Source: Candidatus Woesearchaeota archaeon (GTDB lineage: Archaea > Nanobdellota > Nanobdellia > Woesearchaeales > JAZDKJ01). From it: DNA of 64,000 bases. How positions within the stretch are numbered: the first letter of the stretch is position 1; each line of letters starts with the position of its first letter. This document shows positions 40,210 through 48,967 of the stretch, in pieces. The notes beneath the pieces are model-generated. The model was not told the origin of the DNA. It ran no database searches and was given only the letters and a program-made list of their open reading frames with translations. The stretch is from NCBI GenBank assembly GCA_043803105.1, contig JAZDKJ010000005.1, positions 75,566-139,565 on the forward strand, written 5' to 3'. A program made the position numbers and the translations under genes.

Positions 40210-40582
40210 ATGGAGAAATCAGTTTTTTTTGGCGGAGGAGGGAAATACCCCGAAGAACAGGATATGGAGTTTCTTAATAGTACATTCCGAATATGATTAC
40301 TCCATGAGAGAAATCGCAAGATACTCACAAGTAGGTTACACAACATTAAAAGGAATTTGGATAGATTTTAAGAAAAAGAAGATAGTTACGCAAACACGAC
40401 TTGTTGGAAGAGCAAAGATGTACAAGTTAAATCTGAAGAATCCTGTTGTAAATAAATTTGTGGAGTACTATTGGGCTGTGGTGGAAGCGGTCATAAGAAA
40501 GGAAAACAACATCAGCGAGGATGATACAGTAACCCATCCTTCTTCGGCTGATGCGATTCCCCTTTCTACAAAAAGCATTTAA
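40210..40582 (+). CDS. HTH regulator, probable frameshift in T8 tract near start
   Basis: DYSMREIARYSQVGYTTL, TRLVGRAKMYKLN; ATG 40210 joins the frame only if T8 becomes T7. Confidence 0.7.
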
Positions 40583-40603
40583 TGGCTGATTTTCGAACGA
40601 AGT

Positions 40604-40680
40604 AAAACTCTGCTCATCCGGACTTTACATGGGAATGGGTAGATAAAGCGGAAGTCCTGCGGAGGGAAGCAGGCTTGTAA
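40604..40680 (+). repeat. metK 3'-tail copy B3
   Basis: AAAACTCTGCT followed by HPDFTWEWVDKAEVLRREAGL*. Confidence 0.95.
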
Positions 40681-40832
40681 GCCAAAGTCAAGACGTGAAC
40701 GTCATTTTTTATTTTTGTTTTTTATTGAAAAATCGAAGCTTGTGGACGATATTTCTTTCGTTGTATAAGCAAGATTGTAGCTACATTAGTGCGACGCAAA
40801 GTGTTTTAAGGATTAAATGATTCCTCTCAACG

Positions 40833-41549
40833 ATGGTATACTTACCTAGTCTTGTTGAGTATTTTCAAATTGAAATAGAAGCCCTCAACGGAGTCAGTTG
40901 CTCTACAAGAGCTTCTTCATACATTGTGCCTGAAGATATCTTTGCCCAAAAAGCAAAGTTTGAACCCAGATTTCAAAAGGCCCAAGAAAAAAGCTTACCA
41001 TATACATGGATTGTCTGGGAAGAACCACTAACAGTGGGAGTTTACTTTCCAAGCACACTTTTGCAAAGTCTGGACAATTGCAGATTTGTCAATACAGCTG
41101 ATGCTTTAGATGTCTTGGAAGAAACGAGTCATTTCTTATATATTCATAATTACGCTGCGAGATTCAAGGAAATGCCTCATTATATCAATCTGGAAATAGT
41201 AGCTTCCTTAGAGAAATATTTTGTTACCAAGCAGAAAGCAAAGACTTTGAAAGAATTTGATATGGGTCCTGTAAGAACAGTGTGCTTCAATGGTGCTTAT
41301 CGAGATACTTTGGACATGGACCATATTATTGGTCACTCTTTGGCAGAGCCATTAGCCAAAAAATTGGATGAAGTTGAAGATGAAGCAGGATTATCCCAAA
41401 GAAATGAATTATACAGAAAATTCTATAATAAGGGAAACAAAGAGCAAATCCGAGTGTTGTTGGAAGAGACTAAGTTGGCACACAGGAAGATGGCTGCCGA
41501 AATCAATACTTATCTGCTTGAGAGTTTTGGATTAAATATCTCAAGCTGA
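40833..41549 (+). CDS. hypothetical protein (EETSHF motif, possibly metallopeptidase-like)
   Basis: 238-aa ORF filling one cassette. Confidence 0.6.
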   Translation: MVYLPSLVEYFQIEIEALNGVSCSTRASSYIVPEDIFAQKAKFEPRFQKAQEKSLPYTWIVWEEPLTVGVYFPSTLLQSLDNCRFVNTADALDVLEETSHFLYIHNYAARFKEMPHYINLEIVASLEKYFVTKQKAKTLKEFDMGPVRTVCFNGAYRDTLDMDHIIGHSLAEPLAKKLDEVEDEAGLSQRNELYRKFYNKGNKEQIRVLLEETKLAHRKMAAEINTYLLESFGLNISS

Positions 41550-41574
41550 TGTATCTGCTTTAAGGTTAAGTACA

Positions 41575-41608
41575 AAAACTCCGCTTTTCCCGATATATGC
41601 CCCGAAAG
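41575..41608 (+). repeat. core site type A, copy 4
   Basis: AAAACTCCGCTTTTCCCGATATATGCCCCGAAAG, nearly identical to copy 1. Confidence 0.88.
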
Positions 41609-41651
41609 CTACTGTATCTCTCCTGTAATTATCATTTATTAAGCTCCTTAT

Positions 41652-41669
41652 TTACTTACATGTAAGTAA
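41652..41669. promoter_or_regulatory. perfect 18-bp palindromic operator
   Basis: TTACTTACATGTAAGTAA immediately before the TTTATA box of the AbiE-like pair. Confidence 0.7.
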
Positions 41670-41701
41670 CATTTATATACTAGTTATGATACTTACATAG
41701 T

Positions 41702-42271
41702 ATGCGAGGCGATAAACGAGAAAGGATATTGAGAGTATTGCTCAACAGCAAAGAGCCTTTAAGCAAGAATGAGCTCTCAAAACGAGCAGATTGCAGTAGG
41801 CAGTGGGTTATCCTTTATCTGAAAGAGTTAGAGAAGAAGAAGCTTATCAAGGGCACCGCTCCAAGTAATAGAAAAAAACTTTTAGAATATTGGATTATCT
41901 TAGCAAAGAAACCTAAAAAATTCAGGAGTTATATGGTTAAGGAACCACTAGATCTTTTAAAAAAGTCAAAATTAGATTATACGCTGACAACCTATCAGGC
42001 AGAGAACATTGTTCAGCATTATCTTTTCCCCTCAAGAATAGATGTTTACATAAAAGAAGAAGATTTGAATAGTTGGCACAGCCTAATGACCAAGAATGGA
42101 TTATATGGAAAAGGAAATGTTAAGGTGATAGTAGCAGATCCGCATGTTATGTATGGAAAACGAATTATAGATGGACTTTCAATAGTCTCACTGCCACAAC
42201 TTATATTGGATTTAACTCAAGAAGGTGGTCCATGCCAGGAAGCTGCCGAGATGCTCATGAAGAGGTTATAA
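41702..42271 (+). CDS. HTH + AbiEi-like antitoxin
   Basis: N-terminal HTH; YTLTTYQAE, IDVYI, VSLPQLILDL...GG. Confidence 0.7.
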   Translation: MRGDKRERILRVLLNSKEPLSKNELSKRADCSRQWVILYLKELEKKKLIKGTAPSNRKKLLEYWIILAKKPKKFRSYMVKEPLDLLKKSKLDYTLTTYQAENIVQHYLFPSRIDVYIKEEDLNSWHSLMTKNGLYGKGNVKVIVADPHVMYGKRIIDGLSIVSLPQLILDLTQEGGPCQEAAEMLMKRL

Positions 42272-43035
42272 TGTATAAGGAATTTGAGACTAGAATATCG
42301 TACAAGTATTTGAAAGAGGTAATCAACACTCTAGAAGAGCCTATTTGCATACTTGGCGGTTGGGCAGTATTCTTTCATGTAAATAACAGATTTGAGAAAG
42401 CACAAGGCAGGCCTTATTTAGGAAGCAGAGATATTGACTTGGGCTTCCAAATGAAGACAAATTTGAAAGAAACAACTTTGGCTCAAACAATTAGGATTCT
42501 CAAAGAAGAACTCAAGTTTAAGCCGTTAAGTTTCAGGCTTATGAAAGAAATCCATACTGAAACAGAGGAAGAGCTAAAAGAAGGTGAGACTGTCTCTACT
42601 CACTTTATCTTTCCAATGTATGTTGATTTGATAGTTGACTCTATTCCTGACAACTTCAAGAATATTTTTGGATTTAACCCAATAGATGAGCCTTTATTGA
42701 AACAAGTTTTTGAGAACAAGGAATCCACAATGGTCACTGAATTCAATAGAAAATTATTGCTTCCCACCCCTAAGCTTCTTTTAGGCATGAAAGTCAATTC
42801 CCTGCCAAATAGAGATAAAGACCATAAGCGAATAAAAGACATTTGTGACATGTTCGCTTTGTTGTGGTATACAGATATAAAGGCAGAAAAAGTTAATCTC
42901 GGAGATTACGCTTCAAAAAAAGCTATTATAAAAGCTGTTCAAACAATAAATAACCAGGATTACGAAAAAGTGGCTGCTCAAATTGGGCATAGTGCTGAAG
43001 AAATTAAGAGAGTCATCAGCCTATTATTACAATAA
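42271..43035 (+). CDS. AbiEii-like nucleotidyltransferase toxin
   Basis: ILGGWAV, SRDIDLG, MKVNS..R...KRIKDICD. Confidence 0.75.
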   Translation: MYKEFETRISYKYLKEVINTLEEPICILGGWAVFFHVNNRFEKAQGRPYLGSRDIDLGFQMKTNLKETTLAQTIRILKEELKFKPLSFRLMKEIHTETEEELKEGETVSTHFIFPMYVDLIVDSIPDNFKNIFGFNPIDEPLLKQVFENKESTMVTEFNRKLLLPTPKLLLGMKVNSLPNRDKDHKRIKDICDMFALLWYTDIKAEKVNLGDYASKKAIIKAVQTINNQDYEKVAAQIGHSAEEIKRVISLLLQ

Positions 43036-43139
43036 TGAAACCTGCTCATTTAAACAAACGTCATCCAATTTTTACAAGATTGTCGGTATATTTCTTCGTA
43101 AAAAGCCAGGATAAGCAGATTTATGAATTCAAGTAGCAC

Positions 43140-43172
43140 AAACTCTGCCCACTCCGACTAATGCCCCGAAAG
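43140..43172 (+). repeat. core site type A, copy 5
   Basis: AAACTCTGCCCACTCCGACTAATGCCCCGAAAG. Confidence 0.8.
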
Positions 43173-43256
43173 CCAATCAGTTGTATTTGTCCACAGCCAG
43201 GATTACAAACATTTTAATATCCGAATACAGTGGATATCTGGTGAGGTGAGAAATTG

Positions 43257-43469
43257 ATGTCCAAAAAAGATATGAAAAATCAGTGTTTTAACCATGGCTC
43301 CTTTCACCATGGCTGCGGCGGAGCGCTTTATGGCCTTGGGTTTATTGGTTCGGCTGTGTATTACATTTCCACAGCAACAGGCTTTTGGATGGGAGTGTTG
43401 GGATTTTTGAAAGCGATTGTTTGGCCAGCATTCTTGGTATATTCGCTAATGAAATCCTTGGGGATGTAA
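43257..43469 (+). CDS. small membrane protein
   Basis: GAGGTGA SD; YGLGFIGSAVYYI...LKAIVWPAFLVY. Confidence 0.75.
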   Translation: MSKKDMKNQCFNHGSFHHGCGGALYGLGFIGSAVYYISTATGFWMGVLGFLKAIVWPAFLVYSLMKSLGM

Positions 43470-43483
43470 AGTTATAGGAGCAG

Positions 43484-43556
43484 AAACTCGACTCATCCTG
43501 ACTTTACCTGGGAGCATGTAGATAAGGCAGAGATACTAAAAAAGGAAGCAGGATTG
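43484..43556 (+). repeat. metK 3'-tail copy B4
   Basis: AAACTCGACT followed by HPDFTWEHVDKAEILKKEAGL (stop lost). Confidence 0.93.
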
Positions 43557-43825
43557 TTAGTTGCGTTATCGTCACAATTCCCATTTTTTTATATTTAATT
43601 TTTTTTGTGTAAAGACATCATTTTGGGATGAGATTTCTCTTGTAAATTAAATTAAGTACAAAATTCGGACGCATCGAAGATTTTACAACAACTGGGAAAT
43701 TTTCACTAAACATTTGGACGATGAAGATGATGATTACATCCGAACAAACGAAATATTTATATAGAACTATTAGTTCCTATATATGAACCATTAGTTCCGA
43801 TATAGGAACTGCAGGTTATTATGCC

Positions 43826-44419
43826 ATGAAAACGCCAACTGAAAAGGAGAATGAAGCATTGTTGTTGATATTCAAGGATTTTAGTAGCGACTACAATGCT
43901 AACTCAATCTCGAAAAAACTGAATATAACGCCAAGAGGTTCTTTAAAGATATTGAATAGTCTTTACTCAGAAAAGACCCTAGTAAGAAAAAAGCTTGGCA
44001 AAGCTATCTTTTATAAAATCGATTTTGAAGATAATTACACTAAAAAATTGATTGAAGCCCTATTGATAAAAGAATCCAAGGAAAAAGCAGAAAGGTGGCT
44101 GCATGAATTTGGAGGATTAGCTGAAACTGCGCAGATTGTATTAATCTATGGTTCGACTCTAAGAAACTATGACAAAGCCAAGGATGTAGATTTACTGGTG
44201 ATTATTGAGAAAGAGAGGTATAAGGAAGTTAAAAAATTTATTGATGAGAAAAACAATATTTCCTACAAGCCAATACATCCGCTAATAATGACCTTATCAG
44301 ATTTGGAAAAGAACTTGAAAAACAAAAATCCTGCAATGGTTAATGCCATAAGAGAAAGTTATGTTCTTCAAGGTCATGATAAAATGATAGGGGTAGTAAA
44401 AAATGTCACAAGCTTCTAA
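43826..44419 (+). CDS. HTH-MNT antitoxin
   Basis: N-terminal wHTH; IYGS...DVDLL; GAAC-n-ATTAGTTC repeats upstream. Confidence 0.85.
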   Translation: MKTPTEKENEALLLIFKDFSSDYNANSISKKLNITPRGSLKILNSLYSEKTLVRKKLGKAIFYKIDFEDNYTKKLIEALLIKESKEKAERWLHEFGGLAETAQIVLIYGSTLRNYDKAKDVDLLVIIEKERYKEVKKFIDEKNNISYKPIHPLIMTLSDLEKNLKNKNPAMVNAIRESYVLQGHDKMIGVVKNVTSF

Positions 44420-44915
44420 TAAAGTTAAGTGGTGTCTTAACAAGGCAAAGAAGGAATTAGCAGAAATTGGGATGCATCGTGGATTAGTAGAACAAGAACA
44501 AGACTATAAAGTGGCAGCACTTCATATAGCAAAAGCACGACATAACCTCAATGCAGCATTATTTTTTGAGAAAAACAATTATTCTGACTGGTCTGCAAGT
44601 GCTTTCTTCTATTGCATATATCATTGCTTTTTAGCAATCCTGCACAGATTCGGATACGAATCAAGAAACCAGGAATGCACTATTGCAGTAATTGAAATGC
44701 TAAAAGAACAAGGCAAAATTGCTATTGATGATAGATTCATCAGCACTTTAAAGATTTCGAAGGCAAAAGACGATGAGCATAGCTTAGTTAAGATAAGGGA
44801 AGATTTTCAGTATGGCACAAACATAGAGTTTCAGAAGAAAGAACAATTTGAAGAGCTTACCATAATGTGCAAGGAAGCAATAGAAGCAACAAATAAAATT
44901 ATCTTCAGCAAATAA
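44403..44915 (+). CDS. HEPN domain protein
   Basis: AKARHNL, FYCIYH, SRNQECT, REDFQY. Confidence 0.85.
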   Translation: MSQASNKVKWCLNKAKKELAEIGMHRGLVEQEQDYKVAALHIAKARHNLNAALFFEKNNYSDWSASAFFYCIYHCFLAILHRFGYESRNQECTIAVIEMLKEQGKIAIDDRFISTLKISKAKDDEHSLVKIREDFQYGTNIEFQKKEQFEELTIMCKEAIEATNKIIFSK

Positions 44916-44958
44916 AACTCAGCCCATTCCGACCTTACATGGCAAAAAACGGACAAGG
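44914..44958 (+). repeat. metK 3'-tail copy B5 (degenerate, truncated)
   Basis: AAAACTCAGCC followed by HSDLTWQKTDK; overlaps the HEPN stop codon. Confidence 0.75.
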
Positions 44959-45377
44959 TTAGATTAGCAACGGACGGGATTTTAAGAGGTTCAGAAATCC
45001 CTTGATCTCCAAATTCTCTTGTTCTTGACTTTATAAACTTTCAGGAACTGAATTCAGAACCAACCTTAACGAAGTATATAAGCACCATCTGCTCTTCTTA
45101 AAATGAACCTAGGTGGTGCAAAATTATACAAACCGAAAAGACAGCATTTGATCTGCAGATGAAGGAGCAACAAGTAGCGCATTGGGAAACCTACCATCAA
45201 TTGCCTGGATGCAGGGAAATGGGAGAACATCTTGACAAGCAACCTGAGGAGGCAAACTGGAATGGTCAAAGACTGACCCAAAAGTTAGAACCTACTGAGA
45301 GTTTTGTAGATGCAAGTTTTGTGGCTGAACGGGAACTCGATCTCGTCCAGTCAATCCTTGTACTGCAACGTCTTTAA

Positions 45378-47096
45378 TTAAGGTCCTCTAAACTGTCTCA
45401 AGAGCCAGGCGAACAAGTTGTTCAACCATGAAGGCTTAGTAACAGTATGACCTAACGCTTGACCAGTAATCTGGTTGTTGTCAGTTGAAGCAGTTCCATT
45501 AGTACCCTGACCAGTCCCCCCAGTTTCTTGTCTAATGTTGGCCAATTCTGCTGTCTGTAGCTCTGTTGGCACAGTCCTATCTTGGCCTACCGCATTTGTT
45601 TCAGTATGTTTACATGGTTGCTTTTGTTTTGATATGACCTTGCTATTTGGGTAGGTGCATGTCTTTATTTGTATTCCTTCTGAATTGCATGCTGACCATT
45701 CTGAACACTGCCCATTAGCTCCCAAACTTCCGCTACCTCCTGAACTTCCTCCTCCTCCTGAGGATCTCTTTTTCGCAGCCGGATTTGTCGGAATTGTTGG
45801 TGCCTGGAATTCGTTTACTGTTATTGTTATAGCTTCGCTTGCCGATTTTATACTGTCGTTAACTGTGAAGGTCACGTTAGTTACTCCCACATCAGTCACG
45901 TTTGGCATCCAGTTGAAGGTAGCAGTCCCGTCATAATTGTTGGTAAAGTTTGCTGTTGCAGGTTTGCCGGCAATTACAAATGTTAAATTAAACCCGTCTG
46001 GACTTGTGGCTGTTATTGTGAAGTTAAGCAATGTATCCTGCGTAACGCTCATTGAACCGATATGATTGAGTATCGGAGCAGCTGTCTGTACAATAACTAC
46101 GCTTGTTGCGCTTACAGTTCCGCTCGTCGCACTAATTGTAGCGCCGCCAGAAGCAACAGCAGTAACAAGACCGCTTGTAGCATTAACTGTAGCAACAGAC
46201 AAATTGCTTGAAGCATAGGAGATGGTCGCACCTATCAACGAACCATACTGATCAAGACTTGTAGCATTCAACTGCAAAGTAGATCCGACAGTAAGATTTG
46301 CTGATGTTGGTGCTAATATGATTGTTGTCAAAACAGGGACAATAGATGGTAATGAGACAGTATTGGCACTTAATGTAACAGCTGTTTGCGCCAATGCCCT
46401 TCCGTTTAATGTTGCGCCAGTATTCAACACAATCGCTGTTTGATCCAGAATGTTTCCATTGAAAACAGATGTTGTTCCAAGGGTTGTTTTGTCAGCGACT
46501 TGCCAGAAGATGTTGTATGCCTGGCAGCTACCGCTGAGAGTAACAATTGCACCACTGCCCACGGTGAGGGTTCCTGGTATCTGAAAGATGAAGACACCTG
46601 CGGAGTTGCCAAGGCAATCGAGAGTGACACCAGTGTTTATTACAACCCCAGTCCCCCATTTATAGAGCCCAGGAGTGAGAGTCATCCCACTAATATCTCC
46701 CGCACCTAGTTCAGTAACATCAGGTAATGAGCGTCCTGCCGCATCAGTGTACGCTGTTTCCATGTCGCTTATAGCTGTAGCCATAACCAATGGGGTTGGA
46801 TCTGCATAGTCGGCTGCATAAACGCTTCCGTTAACTAAAGATGATGTGGAAAATTGGTTCGATGCATCAAGTATCAGTCCAAATCCTGTGATCGCAGTGC
46901 TGTCGATAGGACTCACCCCAATATTTCCAACAATAGAGGTTGTGCCAGTGGTTGAGATTCCTGATTTTGCCAATATTACAAAATTCCCGGCTGTTCCGAG
47001 ATCTACAGCTGGTTGTGCTGCATATACTGAACATACTACAGATACAAAAACCATAAGATATACAAAGACGTTTGATAATATTTTTGTTTGTTTCAT
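45378..47096 (-). CDS. ice-binding (DUF3494) protein with Ig-like domains
   Basis: LGTAGNFVILAKSGIS, TAYTDAAGR, LTPGLYKW, NIFWQVA, GRALAQTAVTL. Confidence 0.92.
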   Translation of the reverse strand: MKQTKILSNVFVYLMVFVSVVCSVYAAQPAVDLGTAGNFVILAKSGISTTGTTSIVGNIGVSPIDSTAITGFGLILDASNQFSTSSLVNGSVYAADYADPTPLVMATAISDMETAYTDAAGRSLPDVTELGAGDISGMTLTPGLYKWGTGVVINTGVTLDCLGNSAGVFIFQIPGTLTVGSGAIVTLSGSCQAYNIFWQVADKTTLGTTSVFNGNILDQTAIVLNTGATLNGRALAQTAVTLSANTVSLPSIVPVLTTIILAPTSANLTVGSTLQLNATSLDQYGSLIGATISYASSNLSVATVNATSGLVTAVASGGATISATSGTVSATSVVIVQTAAPILNHIGSMSVTQDTLLNFTITATSPDGFNLTFVIAGKPATANFTNNYDGTATFNWMPNVTDVGVTNVTFTVNDSIKSASEAITITVNEFQAPTIPTNPAAKKRSSGGGGSSGGSGSLGANGQCSEWSACNSEGIQIKTCTYPNSKVISKQKQPCKHTETNAVGQDRTVPTELQTAELANIRQETGGTGQGTNGTASTDNNQITGQALGHTVTKPSWLNNLFAWLLRQFRGP

Positions 47097-47354
47097 TTTT
47101 TAATTCCTCCCTAAATAATAAAATACCGTAATGGTAGCAATTTTTTCTGCCTGAAGTTCACATATAGTCCTTAACCCATTGATACAGTTTTATTCTGACT
47201 ATTTTTTACTTCTTAGCAATAGTAATTACTTTTATTACTATAAACATAAGTTATATACTATATATTCAATATATATGCTATAATTACGTCTATAATATAG
47301 GTACTGAAAATAAGTAGTTAGTTTTATATATAACACTAAGTTATTATATATACT

Positions 47355-48347
47355 ATGGAAGATATTAGGGATGAAAGAAAATTAATTAAGTTTGGGAAAT
47401 CAGCTTTTTGTATAACTGTGCCACATACGTGGCTGAAAAAAAACAGGATAAAGAAAGGCGATTCATTGTCTGTTCAGGAAACCCTAAGAAATTCTTTGGA
47501 GATAATGCCAAGGTATAGCTCTTCAAAGGATGCAGAGGAATTATTAATAGACATATCTGGAAAGTCGACTGATGAAATAATACAATTGCTGCTCTCCACA
47601 TACCTAAATGGATATACACTTATCACCTTGCGCGGACCAAATGCAGGAAAAATGGAATTCGTCAGAAAGCATGTACACGAATTTATTGCAGCTGAGATTA
47701 TGGAAGTTACCTCAGACAGGATAGTAATCCAGGTTTTTTGGGACATAAAGACCATAAACCTAAATTCAATAATCATAAGGATAGGACATATCACAAAGAG
47801 CATTTTTTCAGAAACAATAGAGTTGGTTGATTCAGAAACAAATGTAACAGATATAGTGGAAAAAGGATTTGAGGTCCAGCGGCAAGTCTTGCTTGCAAGA
47901 AGGGCCATCCAAAGTGCCCTCAATAATTCGGTTACAGCACACAAATTTAATCTTTCATCATTAGAGCTGCTCTATATCTCTTACATAATCTATTTTTTCG
48001 GAATGACTGGTGATTATATTGTTAAGGTAGCAAAAATTATAGATAAGGCAAAACTCAATAAATCCAAGGATCTTTTGAAGGATCAGAATTCCAAAAAAGA
48101 GTTAAAGGCGTTAATTCAACGGACCTCAGATTATTACGGAAAAGTCATCGATACTTACAATCAGCATAACAAACTTGTAAAGTTTGTATTTAGCGAATAT
48201 GCTGATTTTGAAGACTCCATAGATGAGTTTAGAAGAAAGAACCTCCAAGTATGGGCACCGCTTTTGGCGGAATATCTAAAGATGATTGTATTCAAGATTA
48301 AGGAAACAGAATTCACGATGATCAGCATGGAGAATGCACCAAAATAA
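47355..48347 (+). CDS. AbrB-PhoU type regulator
   Basis: RKLIKFGKSAFCITVPHTW, YLNGY, helical C-terminus. Confidence 0.75.
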   Translation: MEDIRDERKLIKFGKSAFCITVPHTWLKKNRIKKGDSLSVQETLRNSLEIMPRYSSSKDAEELLIDISGKSTDEIIQLLLSTYLNGYTLITLRGPNAGKMEFVRKHVHEFIAAEIMEVTSDRIVIQVFWDIKTINLNSIIIRIGHITKSIFSETIELVDSETNVTDIVEKGFEVQRQVLLARRAIQSALNNSVTAHKFNLSSLELLYISYIIYFFGMTGDYIVKVAKIIDKAKLNKSKDLLKDQNSKKELKALIQRTSDYYGKVIDTYNQHNKLVKFVFSEYADFEDSIDEFRRKNLQVWAPLLAEYLKMIVFKIKETEFTMISMENAPK

Positions 48348-48382
48348 TTTATCCTTTTTCCTCTGGTTTTATAGATGGGAAG

Positions 48383-48459
48383 AAACTCGACTCATCGAGA
48401 CTTTCCCTGGCAGCGAACAGACAAGGCTGAAACATTCCAAAAGGAGGCAAGCACCTTAG
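48383..48459 (+). repeat. metK 3'-tail copy B6 (degenerate)
   Basis: AAACTCGACT followed by HRDFPWQRTDKAETFQKEA. Confidence 0.85.
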
Positions 48460-48460
48460 T

Positions 48461-48967
48461 TTAGTGTTCTCTCAGCTTATCAATTATCTTCAGGATCCTA
48501 GTCTTGTTAACAAAGAACCAGACCAGGCCAAAAGCGAAAATCATGAAAGACTCTGTGTTAAACTTTATGAAAGTCAAGAGCCAGGGAACGTTGAAACCAT
48601 TCTGGAGAAGCAAGATTGTAGTGCCGTACAATAAAACGTAGTAGCTGGTCATTATGGCCAGAATTGCAGCTAGTTTTTCGAATAGTCGCCTCCAGGAGTT
48701 TAGATAAAGAGGGATGGTTAAGGCTATGATCGTGAGAAACTCATAGAAAGTCTGGTAAAGCTCCAGAGCTCCAGTACTTGTGGCCAGGATGCAAGCGTCT
48801 TTGGATAAAATAACATTTATCCTTAAGCCATTACCTAATATAAACACGAAAAAGCTCGTCAGATAGCCTATGAAAGACCTTAAAGGGCTTACTGGCTGCA
48901 AAAAGACAAGGATGAACAGCACCAGATTGATTGCGGCAGCGGTCAGGAAGAACTTGAGCGGCTTCAT
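48461..48967 (-). CDS. membrane protein coupled to the sortase gene
   Basis: Hydrophobic segments; ATGA overlap. Confidence 0.6.
   Translation of the reverse strand: MKPLKFFLTAAAINLVLFILVFLQPVSPLRSFIGYLTSFFVFILGNGLRINVILSKDACILATSTGALELYQTFYEFLTIIALTIPLYLNSWRRLFEKLAAILAIMTSYYVLLYGTTILLLQNGFNVPWLLTFIKFNTESFMIFAFGLVWFFVNKTRILKIIDKLREH

Larger units (their letters stand above)
32253..48459 (+). mobile_element. cassette array / tandem integration island anchored at the metK 3' end
   Basis: Six metK-tail copies and five related core sites separating unrelated cargo; AT-rich by eye; cargo may extend to ~56 kb. Confidence 0.8.

Noticed and set aside
43038-43050. Further array sites (AAACCTGCTCAT at ~43038, AAAACTCCCT at ~51804)
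   Set aside because: Too short or degenerate to distinguish from chance without a profile search.
45066-45377. ORFs 45159-45377 (+) and 45066-45281 (-)
   Set aside because: No recognisable motifs; may be decayed cargo but cannot be supported.
32253-48459. CRISPR array or classical integron attC array
   Set aside because: Repeats are 0.07-3.8 kb apart, diverged and derived from coding sequence; no cas or intI gene and no RYYYAAC..GTTRRRY palindromes seen.
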